A stretch of 64,000 nt of DNA, from the NCBI GenBank assembly GCA_963730185.1, contig CAVSQW010000015.1:192001-256000 (forward strand), given 5' to 3'. Under the pieces are notes generated by a model. That model did no database searches and was not told the DNA's origin. It saw nothing but the letters and a program-made list of their open reading frames with translations. Source of the stretch: an uncultured Gemmatimonadales bacterium. Its GTDB lineage: Bacteria; Gemmatimonadota; Gemmatimonadetes; Gemmatimonadales; GWC2-71-9. The number at the start of each line of letters is the position of its first letter. Positions within the stretch are counted from its first letter, which is position 1. The translations under genes were made by a program, and so were the position numbers. Positions 44,353 through 54,523 of this stretch are shown piece by piece.

Positions 44353-45589
44353 GGGGCCGGCCCGCTCCCGTTACCCAGCCCAGGCGGGCCTTCGGCGAGC
44401 GGGGGCTGGCGCTGGCGCTGGTCGTGTTCGCCTTGGTCATTCTGGGCGCTCTGATCTCCGGCGCCTTCGTGGTGAGCCGCCTGGACCGAGGGTCCGCGAC
44501 CAACGCCACCTTCTCGGCCGCCGCCCAGGAGGCCGCCGAGGCCGGTCTCGCCATCACGTACGCCGGCTGGGACCCGGTGGTGCAGGGGGCGCTTCCGGTC
44601 TGGACCGGCCCGGGCGGGGTCGAGTGGTCGAGCGGAATGCAGCCGGTCGCCGGCAACCCGCTGCTGGTCCGGATCGACAGCGTCCGCCGGCTCAACGGTC
44701 AGCTGTTCCTGGTTCGCTCGACCGGCCAGCGACTCGGGCCGACCGGGCAAATCCTCGCGACCCTTACGCTGGGGCAGCTCTTTCGCCTGGTCCGGCCCAC
44801 GATCGGGGTCAACGCGGCGATCACGGTCCAGGCTCCGATCGACTTCCACGGCAACGCTTTTGCCGTGAGCGGTCTCAACTCCCTGCCGACCGGCTGGGAC
44901 CCGGCTGCCTGCCCCCCGTCGACCCGGGGAACACGGACGACGTGGTCGGCGTCCGAAGCTCGGCCGCCACCGGTGTCGCGACCGCGTCGCCGGGGCGGGT
45001 GGTGGGGTTCCCGGCGGCGGAGGCCCCCGACGATCCGACCATCACCTCGGCCACTTTTCAGAACTTCCTGGATTTCTCCTACACCTCCCTCGCCGCTCAA
45101 CCCGGCGTGAAGGTGCTGGCCTCGTCGAGCCCCTACACCGCCGTCGGCCCCGTCTTGGATCCGTCCAGCGTCCCGCCGTCCTGCGACCGCACCAGCCCCC
45201 TCAACTTCGGCGAGCCGTACCGGGCCCCGGCCGCCGGCGCGATCCCGGCCTGCTATGGCTACTTCCCCGTGGTCCACGGGACCGCGAGCGCCACGGTCTT
45301 CGGCGGTGGGGGGCGAGGGCAGGGCACCTTGCTGGTGGACGGCGACCTCGAGATCCACGGCGACTTCGAGTGGGTGGGTCTGGTGATCGTCCGCGGGCAG
45401 GTCCGGATCAGCGGGAGCGGCAACCTGATCACCGGCGCGCTCCTGGCCGAGGGCGCGTCGTCGGTGACCGCCGGGACCATTCAGGGGCAAGCCGGTGTCG
45501 CCTACTCCGCCTGCGCCGTGGGCCTCGCCATCGGCGGCGCCAGCCGGGGCGAACCCCTCGAGCAGCGGAGCTGGCTCCAGCTCTACTGA
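44349..45589 (+). CDS. PilX-like minor pilin (apparent indel in C run near 44915)
   Basis: ERG/LALALVVF without Glu5; AQEAAEAGL; C-terminal GQGTLLVDGDLEIHGDFEWVGLVIVRG beta-helix-like stretch. Confidence 0.8.
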
Positions 45590-45700
45590 GCCGCGCCCGA
45601 ATTTCTTGCCCTTCGGTTCCGGGGCCTCCAGATTCCACGCCTCCCGGGGATCCGGGAATCCCGACGCCCGTTCGACCGTCTCGAGCCCACCGAATCTTCC

Positions 45701-47032
45701 ATGGCGACACCCACCCTGATGGACCGGCTGGTTTCCCTCTGCAAGCGCCGCGGCTTCGTGTTTCAGTCGTCGGAGATCTACGGCGGCCTCGGCTCGGTCT
45801 GGGACTACGGCCCGCTGGGAGTCGAGCTCAAGCGGAACGTGAAGGACCGCTGGTGGCGGGCCATGGTCCAGGCCCGGGACGACATCGAGGGCCTCGACGC
45901 CGCCATCCTGATGCACCCCAAGGTGTGGGAGGCGTCCGGCCACGTCGCGGGCTTCACCGATCCGTTGGTGGACTGCAAGACCTGCAAGTCCCGGTTCCGG
46001 GCCGACAAGCTGGACGAGGCCCGCTGTCCCCAGAAGCCGTCGAAGCATCCCGGCGAGCACACCACCTGCGAGCTCACCGAGCCCCGGCTCTTCAACCTGA
46101 TGTTCAAGACCTTCATCGGGCCGGTGGAAGAGCAGGCCGCCGTGGTCTACCTCAGGCCGGAGACGGCCCAGGGCATTTACGTCAACTACCTCAACGTCCT
46201 GAACAGCTCGCGCCAGAAGATTCCGTTCGGCATCGCCCAGGTGGGGAAAGCATTCCGGAACGAGATCACCCCGGGCAACTTCATCTTCCGGACCCGCGAG
46301 TTCGAGCAGATGGAGATGCAGTTCTTCGTGAAGCCGGGCGCCGACGAGGAGTGGTTCGATCGCTGGCGCGGGCTCCGGATGGCCTGGCACCACGAGTTGG
46401 GCCTCGACCCGGACAAGCTCCGCTGGCACCAGCACGGGCCCGGCGAGTTGGCCCACTACGCCCGGAACGCCTTCGACATCGAGTACGAGTTCCCCTTCGG
46501 CTGGCAGGAGATCGAGGGGATCCACAATCGCACCGACTTCGACCTCAAGCGGCATCAGGAGCACTCCGGCAAGAAGCTCGAGTACTTCGAGCAGGCCACC
46601 GGCGAGCGCTTCCTTCCCTACATCATCGAGACCTCGGCGGGAGCCGATCGGGTCACCCTGACGGTGCTGGTGGATGCCTATCACGAAGAAGAGGTGGAGG
46701 GCGAGACCCGGGTGGTGCTTCGATTCCACCCCACCATCGCGCCGATCAAAGCCGCCGTGTTCCCGCTGGTCAACAAGGACCGGATGCCAGAGATGGCGAC
46801 CGAGCTCTACAACGACCTCCGGCGCCACCTGACCTGCTTTTACGACGACAGCGGTGCCATCGGCCGGCGGTACCGGCGGATGGATGAGGTGGGGACCCCC
46901 TTCTGCCTGACCGTGGACGGCCAGTCGGCGGAGGACCAGCAGGTGACGGTCCGGAACCGCGACACCATGACCCAGGAACGGGTCGCCTTCTCGGCCGTCC
47001 GCGACTACCTGAGCGAGCGCCTGGCGCCCTGA
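45701..47032 (+). CDS. glyQS: Glycyl-tRNA synthetase, alpha2 (homodimeric) type
   Basis: LCKRRGF, DYGPLG, WEASGH, LRPETAQG, FRNEITP, FRTREFEQME, IGRRYRRMDEVG. Confidence 0.97.
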   Translation: MATPTLMDRLVSLCKRRGFVFQSSEIYGGLGSVWDYGPLGVELKRNVKDRWWRAMVQARDDIEGLDAAILMHPKVWEASGHVAGFTDPLVDCKTCKSRFRADKLDEARCPQKPSKHPGEHTTCELTEPRLFNLMFKTFIGPVEEQAAVVYLRPETAQGIYVNYLNVLNSSRQKIPFGIAQVGKAFRNEITPGNFIFRTREFEQMEMQFFVKPGADEEWFDRWRGLRMAWHHELGLDPDKLRWHQHGPGELAHYARNAFDIEYEFPFGWQEIEGIHNRTDFDLKRHQEHSGKKLEYFEQATGERFLPYIIETSAGADRVTLTVLVDAYHEEEVEGETRVVLRFHPTIAPIKAAVFPLVNKDRMPEMATELYNDLRRHLTCFYDDSGAIGRRYRRMDEVGTPFCLTVDGQSAEDQQVTVRNRDTMTQERVAFSAVRDYLSERLAP

Positions 47033-47050
47033 GCTGGACGGAGCGGGCCC

Positions 47051-47764
47051 GTGCGCCGCGCGGACTTCGAGTCGATGGTCCGGCGGATGACCGACGAGAT
47101 TCCGCCCGAGTTCCTGGACGGGGTGGCCGAGATCACGGTCTCGCCCCGGACGGTGCCGCACCCCGCTCGGCCGGACGTATACACCCTCGGGGAGTGCCTG
47201 GCCCTCCCGGCCGGTCTCGACGAGCCCGATCAGGTCCAGAGCCGGGTGGTGCTTTACTACGGATCGTTCGCGGCCCTCGCCCGGGAGCACCCGAGCTTCG
47301 ATTGGCAGGCCGAGGCCTGGGAGACCCTGACTCACGAGGTCCGCCACCACGTCGAATGGCGCGCCCGGGCGCCCGACCTCGAGGCGCTCGATCGGGCGGC
47401 CGAGCAGAACTTCGCCCGGATCGACGGCGAGCCGTTCGATCCCACCTTCTATCGTGACGGCGAGCGGCTCCCCGATGGGGTCTATCGGGTGGAAGACGAT
47501 TATTTTATCGAGTTGGCCGGGCCGGTGCGGACCGATCGGAACATCGCCTTCCGGTGGGCCGGCCGGGGATACGCGGTGCTCCCGCCCCCCGATCTGGCGC
47601 CGCCGGCCTTCCTGGCGGTGAGCGGGGTGGCCGAGCCGCCGCCCGGCGACCTGATGCTGGTATTCCCGCCGCCGCGCGGGCTTCGGGGCTTGCTCCGGGC
47701 TCGATCGGCGGCCCAGTACGACGTGAGCGCCCGCCCCCTGGGGGACGGGCCGGCAGCCGACTAG
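47051..47764 (+). CDS. Zincin-like metallopeptidase (minimal-zincin/DUF1025-like N-terminus plus extra C-terminal domain)
   Basis: IPPEFLDGV, YTLGEC, VVLYYGSF, ETLTHEVRHH (HExxH). Confidence 0.75.
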   Translation: MRRADFESMVRRMTDEIPPEFLDGVAEITVSPRTVPHPARPDVYTLGECLALPAGLDEPDQVQSRVVLYYGSFAALAREHPSFDWQAEAWETLTHEVRHHVEWRARAPDLEALDRAAEQNFARIDGEPFDPTFYRDGERLPDGVYRVEDDYFIELAGPVRTDRNIAFRWAGRGYAVLPPPDLAPPAFLAVSGVAEPPPGDLMLVFPPPRGLRGLLRARSAAQYDVSARPLGDGPAAD

Positions 47765-47820
47765 CGGGCCCATCCCGCCCTGGACCGGGACCGACGGTCC
47801 ACTCGAACCCCGAGCCGCGC

Positions 47821-48087
47821 ATGGTGCACGAGACGACCACCCCGCTTCCGCCCGCCGAGATCATCGCGCGGGCCAAGCGCTTCTTCGCCGAGCGGGTCCC
47901 GGCCACGGCGGCCTATCCCGAGAAGGAAGGGCCCACCTTCCTCACCCTCCGGGGACAGGGCGGGGAGGAGATCGCCCTGGCCGCCTTCCCGTCAGACGCC
48001 GGGACCCGGGTCCGCGCCTCGACCCTGCTCTTCGATCAGTCGGTCGAGCGTTTCCTGTCGACCCTCCCCGTGGAGGTGGTGGCATGA
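47821..48087 (+). CDS. Hypothetical protein (88 aa)
   Basis: MVHETTT..EIIARAKRFFAER..; typical codon usage; ATGA overlap with the next gene. Confidence 0.7.
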   Translation: MVHETTTPLPPAEIIARAKRFFAERVPATAAYPEKEGPTFLTLRGQGGEEIALAAFPSDAGTRVRASTLLFDQSVERFLSTLPVEVVA

Positions 48088-48337
48088 GCGCCCTGCCGGT
48101 CCGGGTGATGGTCCTCGACACGTGGGACGAGTTTCCGTTCGACGTGAGCCCCGAGACGACGGTCACCGCGCTCAAGGCCGAAGCCCTGTCGCGGGCCCGG
48201 GTCCGGGGGGCGCCCGAGGGCTACGTGCTCAAGTACCGCGGCGCCGCGGTCGACGAGGGCCAACAGACCGTCGGCGGCGCGGGTATCGTGCCCAATGCCG
48301 CCCTGATCGTGCTCTCCAGGCGGCGCGTTCCGGCCAA

Positions 48338-48341
<4 letters not shown>
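48084..48341 (+). CDS. Small ubiquitin-like (beta-grasp, YukD/EsaB-like) protein
   Basis: GGAGG RBS; VSPETTVTALK...YVLKYRG...TVGGAGI...ALIV resembles ubiquitin VEPSDTIENVK...LIFAG...TLSDYNI...TLHL. Confidence 0.65.
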
Positions 48342-49264
<923 letters not shown>

Positions 49265-49300
49265 AGCTGTGACCCCCGCCCTCTGGCGTCCCGCGACATT

Positions 49301-49310
49301 TTGTATACAA
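49301..49310. promoter_or_regulatory. Palindrome TTGTATACAA, candidate GntR-type operator
   Basis: Perfect 10-bp AT-rich palindrome 67 nt before the epimerase ATG. Confidence 0.5.
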
Positions 49311-49313
49311 TTC

Positions 49314-49377
49314 CCCACTACGGACGACTGCCCACTCACTCCCGACTCCCTACTCACCACTCACCAATCCCTATCCC
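49314..49377. repeat. Degenerate heptamer array related to the array upstream of adk
   Basis: 21-nt CTCCCTACTCACCACTCACCA identical at 49346-49366 and 32460-32480. Confidence 0.8.
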
Positions 49378-50403
49378 ATGCCCCGTCTCCGCATCGAAGC
49401 CGAGCTGTTGACGCTCCGCACCAAGCACCCGTTCAAGATCGCGCGGGGAAATCATGACAGCTATCGCACCGTGCTGGTCAAGGTGATCGACGACGACGGG
49501 ATGGAAGGCTGGGGCGAGGCCGCGCCGCAGCGCTTCTATGGCGAGACGCCCGAGACGGTGCTCGCGGCGCTCGAGGTCTATGCCACCGTCATGCCGTCCG
49601 ACCCGTTCGATCTCGATCAGGCCGAGGCAGCCCTGGAGACGGCGATGGTGGGGAACAACGCCGCCCGGGCGGCGCTCTCCACTGCGCTCCACGATCTGGT
49701 CGGGAAGAAGCTCGGGGTACCGCTCTGGAAGCTCTGGGGGCTCGATCCGGCCAAGGCGCCGCTCTCCACGTTCACGATCGGGATCGACACCCCGGAAATC
49801 ATCAAGAAGAAGGTCAGGGAAGCCGAGCAGTACCCGGTGCTCAAGATCAAGCTCGGCCTCGACAACGACCTCGAGATTCTCCAGGCGATCCGGGAGGTGA
49901 CCGATCGCGAGCTCCGGGTCGACGCCAACTGCGGCTGGACCCGGAAGCAGGCCATCCGGATGCTGCCGGTGCTGGAGGAGTACGGCGTGACCGTCCTCGA
50001 GCAGCCGCTGGTTCGAGGCGACCTGGACGGTCTGGCGGCGGTGGCCCGCGCGTCCCGGATCCCGGTGGTGGTCGACGAGAGTTGCCTGGTGGCCGCGGAC
50101 ATTCCGAGGCTGGTGGGCCTGGTCGACGGGATCAACATCAAGCTGGCCAAGACCGGAGGCTTGCGCGAGGCGCTTCGGATGATCGCGATCGCCCGGGCCC
50201 ATCACCTGATGGTGATGGTGGGCTGCATGATCGAGAGCTCGATCGGGATCACCGCGCTGGCGCACGTCACCCCGCTGGTCGACATCGCCGACCTCGACGG
50301 GGCCGCCCTCCTGGCGGAGGACCCCTACCGGGGCGCGACGATCGACGGGGGGCAGATCAAGCTGCCCACCGGTCCCGGCCTCGGGGTGACGGCCGCGGCG
50401 TAG
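49378..50403 (+). CDS. Dipeptide (L-Ala-D/L-Glu) epimerase, enolase superfamily
   Basis: PFKIARG, GWGEA, LKIKLG, RVDANCGW, EQP, DES, NIKLAKTGG, GCMIE, DLDG. Confidence 0.9.
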   Translation: MPRLRIEAELLTLRTKHPFKIARGNHDSYRTVLVKVIDDDGMEGWGEAAPQRFYGETPETVLAALEVYATVMPSDPFDLDQAEAALETAMVGNNAARAALSTALHDLVGKKLGVPLWKLWGLDPAKAPLSTFTIGIDTPEIIKKKVREAEQYPVLKIKLGLDNDLEILQAIREVTDRELRVDANCGWTRKQAIRMLPVLEEYGVTVLEQPLVRGDLDGLAAVARASRIPVVVDESCLVAADIPRLVGLVDGINIKLAKTGGLREALRMIAIARAHHLMVMVGCMIESSIGITALAHVTPLVDIADLDGAALLAEDPYRGATIDGGQIKLPTGPGLGVTAAA

Positions 50404-50409
50404 CGGCAG

Positions 50410-50631
50410 TCACCCGGCCAGCCGGGCCCGCCCAGCGGGCGTGACCCCGAAATCGCCGTTGATCTCGATCACCAGCCCGGCCCCCACCAGCCCCCGGAGC
50501 CCGGCCCGCACCCGATAGAGGGGCAGGCGGGTGCGCCGGGCGAGCTCCGGCGCGGGGGCCGGGGGATCGGCAACCTCGAGGATCTGGCGCGCCGTGGTCA
50601 GGAGCGCGCCGTCGCTGGCGATGCAGGCCAT
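50410..50631 (-). CDS. Small winged-helix protein with N-terminal Cys
   Basis: GGGAGG RBS; ELARRTRLPLYRVRAGLRGLVGAGLV HTH pattern; TPAG wing end. Confidence 0.7.
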   Translation of the reverse strand: MACIASDGALLTTARQILEVADPPAPAPELARRTRLPLYRVRAGLRGLVGAGLVIEINGDFGVTPAGRARLAG

Positions 50632-50644
50632 CGTCCCTCCCGGT

Positions 50645-51301
50645 TCAAAGCGTCGTTTCGCAGTAATACCAGTCCTTGCACTCGTAGCCGGCGTTGATCC
50701 GGGCCGCGGCGTCCTCTTGGGTCCGGGGCGGCGGCACGATGACCCGCGTGCCGGGCTCCCAGTTGGCCGGCGTGGCCACCGTGAACCGGTCGGCGGTCTG
50801 GAGCGCGTCGATCAGCCGGAGGATCTCCTTCATGTTCCGCCCGGTCGAGAGCGGATAGTAGATCATCGCCTTGACGATCCCGTCGGGATTGATCACGAAC
50901 ACGCACCGCGACGCTTCGGTCGAGCTCTCGCCCGGCATCAGCATCCCGTACGCGGTGGCGACCGAACGGTCCAGATCGGCGATCACCGGGAAGGTGATCG
51001 TGACGCCGAAGTTCTGCTCGATGTTCCGGATCCAGGCGATGTGGGCGTAGACGCTGTCGATGCTGAGCCCGAGCAGCTCCACGTTCCGCTTCTTGAGCTC
51101 CGGCGCGATCTCGGCGAACCCGACGAACTCGGTGGTGCAGACCGGGGTGAAGTCCGCGGGATGCGAGAACAGGATCAGCCAACTTCCCCGGAAGTCTTCC
51201 AGGCGAACCTGCCCCTGCGTGGTCTCGGCCTCGAACGGCGGGGCGGGCTCCCCGAGCCGCGGAAGACCGCCGGTATCAGTGGCGCTGAGATTGGGGTGCA
51301 C
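50645..51301 (-). CDS. Peroxiredoxin (Prx6/AhpC-type)
   Basis: FSHPADFTPVCTTEF, GRNMKEILR, TPANW, C-terminal CKDWYYC; GTG start after GGAGG. Confidence 0.93.
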   Translation of the reverse strand: MHPNLSATDTGGLPRLGEPAPPFEAETTQGQVRLEDFRGSWLILFSHPADFTPVCTTEFVGFAEIAPELKKRNVELLGLSIDSVYAHIAWIRNIEQNFGVTITFPVIADLDRSVATAYGMLMPGESSTEASRCVFVINPDGIVKAMIYYPLSTGRNMKEILRLIDALQTADRFTVATPANWEPGTRVIVPPPRTQEDAAARINAGYECKDWYYCETTL

Positions 51302-51490
51302 GGGTGCCTCCGGAGGGATAGGGTGACCGGCCACATCGTTCTGGCCGAAGGCTAGGCCGGTGTCGGCCAACCCGGGGTGAAGGTGGGATGAAAGGGGCGA
51401 TAGGGAAGCTGACTCAGGCTTCAAAGCCGCTTCACGCTTCCCTCACGTCGGCGAGGGCACTCTTCGCTGGTCACTACGTGGGGAGCGACC

Positions 51491-51955
51491 GTGGCGAGCG
51501 AGACGTTCGAAGTCGCCTTGACGCGTGAAACCGGATACCGGTTTGCGGTGGAGCTGGACGACGGGCAGGAGTTCGTCGTCGACGAGTTTCCACCCGTCGG
51601 GCGGGGCGAGGGCCCCAACCCGGCCCGCCTGCTGGCGACCACCGTGGGGCACTGCCTCTCGGCCAGTCTCGTCTTCTGCCTGAACCGCTCGAGGATCGCG
51701 CTGCTCGATCTGCGGACGACGGTCGAAGGTCGTCTCGCGCGGAACGAACGCGGCCGGCTCCGGGTCGGCGGGCTCCGGGTGCGGATCGAGCCCGTCGTGT
51801 CCGCGGACGATCTGGGCCGCATCGGTCGGTGCGTCGAGGTCTTCGAGGACTACTGCGTGGTGACCGAAAGCGTGCGGAAGGGGATCCCGGTCGAGGTGGT
51901 GGTCGAGCCGCGGACGGGCGTCGGAGCCGCCGTGTCGGAGGCGGCCGAGATGTGA
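51491..51955 (+). CDS. OsmC/Ohr family protein
   Basis: DE.PPVG..GPNP..LL....GHCL and FEDYCVVTES (two Cys). Confidence 0.85.
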   Translation: MASETFEVALTRETGYRFAVELDDGQEFVVDEFPPVGRGEGPNPARLLATTVGHCLSASLVFCLNRSRIALLDLRTTVEGRLARNERGRLRVGGLRVRIEPVVSADDLGRIGRCVEVFEDYCVVTESVRKGIPVEVVVEPRTGVGAAVSEAAEM

Positions 51956-52111
51956 GGCGCGCGGTGTAAGGGGCGGAGTTCGGCCGCTTCACGGTGACCG
52001 GGCTCCGGCCGCGCGTCTCCCCCTTCTGTCTCGCTCGAGCGGCGCCGCCAGGCGTCGCTCTTGCGTTCCGGGCCGTCGGCCTGCTCGCCGCCCTCCGCTT
52101 ACTTTCCGGAC

Positions 52112-54523
52112 GTGCCGGCCTTCGCTCACGTTGCGCTCCCGCTCCCCGTCGCGACCCCCTACACCTACCGGATCCCCGAGGCGCTCGGCGACCGGGTGGT
52201 TGCCGGGGCCCGGGTGGTCGTGCCCCTCCGGCGGCGCGAGCTGGTCGGGATCGTCACGGAGGTCGGGGTCGACGAGCCCGCGGTCGAGGCGCGCGACCTG
52301 CTCGCGGCGCCGGATCCCGAGCCGGCCCTGGCGGGATCGCTGCTCCGGACGGCAGAGTGGATGGCAGGCTACTACGGAGCGCCGATCGGCCTCGCGCTCA
52401 AAGCGATGCTGCCCGCTCCGCTTTGGGGCGAGTCCGAAGTGAGCCTGGTGCTCCTGGAGGGCGCCGGCGGAACCGGCGGGACCGCCGGCGAGCTCGTCCG
52501 GTGGCTCGAGCGCCGGGGCGGGAGCGGGCCGATCCGGGCCGCCGAGCGGGCGCTCAAGAAGCCGCTCTGGCAGGCCGCCGATCGGCTGGCGCGAGTCGGT
52601 GCCCTGCGGCTCGAGACCCGGCCGGCCGAGACCCGGGCCGGGCAAGCGGTGCAGCGCGCGCTGGAGCTTGCCGGACCCGCTCTGGGCCTCCTCGAGCGGG
52701 AAGAGCGGTTCGGTCGGGCACCAGCTCAGCGCCGGCTCTACGAGGCGCTCGAACAGGCCAACGGACCGGTGCCCGTCGCCGAGATCCGGACTCGGCTCGG
52801 GCAGAGCACCTCGGTCGCCACGGCGCTGGTCCGGGCCGGGCTGGCCCGGGTCGTCGAGCTCGAGCGGCTCCGCGACCCGTTCGCCGACCTGGCCGGCTCG
52901 GTGCCGCCACCCGATCTGACGCCGGCGCAGCGCGACGCGCTCACCGCGATCGACGCCATTCCGCCCGGACAGGGCGGGCTGGTGTTCGGCGTCACCGGCA
53001 GCGGCAAGACCCTCGTGTACCTCGAGGCAATTCGGCGGGCCCTCGAAGGTGGAGCCGGGGCCATCGTGCTGGTGCCGGAGATCGGCCTCACGCCTCAGAC
53101 GGTGAGCCGGGTGCGCGGGATGTTCGGCGATCAGGTCGCCGTGCTCCACAGCGCGCTTTCCGACGGGGAGCGGGCCGACGCCTGGCGCGCGCTCCGCCGG
53201 GGCGACCGGCGGGTGGCCGTCGGGCCCCGATCCGCGGTGTTCGCCCCGGTGAGCCCCCTCGGGTTCATCGTGGTCGACGAGGAGCACGAGGGGACCTACA
53301 AGAACGGCGAAGCGCCCCGTTACCATGCCCGCGACGTGGCCCGGGTGCGCTGTCGCCTGGAGGGTGCCCGCCTCCTCCTCGGCAGCGCCACGCCGTCGCT
53401 CGAAACCGCGGTCGAGGTGCCGGAACGGCTGGCCCTCGTCCGGCTGCCCGAGCGGGTCGGACAGCGGCCGCTCCCACCGGTCGACCTGATCGACCTCAAG
53501 ACCGCGCCCCGAGTGGCCGGGGTGGGAGGCGTGCCTTGGACCGAGGCGCTCGACGAGGCGCTCCGGCGCACCGTCGCCCGGGGCGAGCAGGCCCTGCTGC
53601 TCCTCAACCGGCGCGGCTACTCCGCCTTCCTGTATTGTCCCTCCTGCGGGCAGGTCCGGACCTGCCCCCGGTGCAGCATTTCGCTCACGCTCCACCGGAG
53701 CCCGCTGCTGCTTCGGTGCCACTACTGCGGCCATCACGAAGGCGCCGAAGGGGCCTGCCCGTCGTGTCAGCATCCCTTGAGCCGGGCCCGGGGGGTCGGC
53801 ACCCAGCAGGTGGAACAGGTCGTCGCCGAGCGGGTGCCGGGTGTCCGGATCGCGCGGATGGATCTCGATACCACCAGCACCAAGTGGTCGCATCACCGGA
53901 TCCTGGACCGGGTGGCCCGGGGCGACGTGGATGTGCTGGTCGGCACCCAGATGGTGGCCAAGGGCATCGATTTCCCGAACGTGACCCTGGTGGGGGTGGT
54001 CGACGCCGACACCGGGCTCCATCTCCCCGACTTCCGCGCGGCCGAGCGGACCTTTCAGCTGATCACCCAGGTGGCGGGCCGGGCCGGGCGGGGCGACAAA
54101 GGCGGCCGGGTGCTGGTCCAGACCCGGAGTCCCGAGCACCCGGCGCTCCGGCTGGCCGCGCGGCACGACACCGAGGGTTTCTGGGCGGCCGAGCTCGCGG
54201 GCCGGGCGGAGCCGCCCTATCCGCCGACCACCTCCCTGGTCAACGTGCTGGTATCGGGATCGTCCGAGCTGGTGGTGACCCGGGCGGCCACCCGAACGGC
54301 GGACTGGCTGAGTCGGCTGATCGACAGCCAGGGTCTCCCCGTGCTCCTGCTCGGTCCCGCCCCTTGTCCGGTGGCCAAGGTCAAGGACCGCTGGCGGTGG
54401 CACGTGGTCCTGAAGGGTCCGAGCGAGTCGCTGGGCCGGATCGTCCGCTACGCGGCGACCCGACTGGCGGGAGCGGGCTCGGTCCGGATTGCCCTGGACC
54501 GGGACCCGGTGTCCCTACTCTGA
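52112..54523 (+). CDS. priA: Primosomal protein N'
   Basis: GVTGSGKT, LVPEIGLTPQ, DEEHE, SATPS, LNRRGY, four CxxC pairs, GTQMVAKG, QVAGRAGR. Confidence 0.97.
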   Translation: MPAFAHVALPLPVATPYTYRIPEALGDRVVAGARVVVPLRRRELVGIVTEVGVDEPAVEARDLLAAPDPEPALAGSLLRTAEWMAGYYGAPIGLALKAMLPAPLWGESEVSLVLLEGAGGTGGTAGELVRWLERRGGSGPIRAAERALKKPLWQAADRLARVGALRLETRPAETRAGQAVQRALELAGPALGLLEREERFGRAPAQRRLYEALEQANGPVPVAEIRTRLGQSTSVATALVRAGLARVVELERLRDPFADLAGSVPPPDLTPAQRDALTAIDAIPPGQGGLVFGVTGSGKTLVYLEAIRRALEGGAGAIVLVPEIGLTPQTVSRVRGMFGDQVAVLHSALSDGERADAWRALRRGDRRVAVGPRSAVFAPVSPLGFIVVDEEHEGTYKNGEAPRYHARDVARVRCRLEGARLLLGSATPSLETAVEVPERLALVRLPERVGQRPLPPVDLIDLKTAPRVAGVGGVPWTEALDEALRRTVARGEQALLLLNRRGYSAFLYCPSCGQVRTCPRCSISLTLHRSPLLLRCHYCGHHEGAEGACPSCQHPLSRARGVGTQQVEQVVAERVPGVRIARMDLDTTSTKWSHHRILDRVARGDVDVLVGTQMVAKGIDFPNVTLVGVVDADTGLHLPDFRAAERTFQLITQVAGRAGRGDKGGRVLVQTRSPEHPALRLAARHDTEGFWAAELAGRAEPPYPPTTSLVNVLVSGSSELVVTRAATRTADWLSRLIDSQGLPVLLLGPAPCPVAKVKDRWRWHVVLKGPSESLGRIVRYAATRLAGAGSVRIALDRDPVSLL

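Noticed and set aside
43270..44920. Phase variation at poly-C tracts in the right pilin cassette
   Set aside because: Attractive for surface genes, but the tracts are only 6-7 nt and the background indel rate is high. The 43283 site is best repaired by adding a T (restoring a Cys), not by changing run length.
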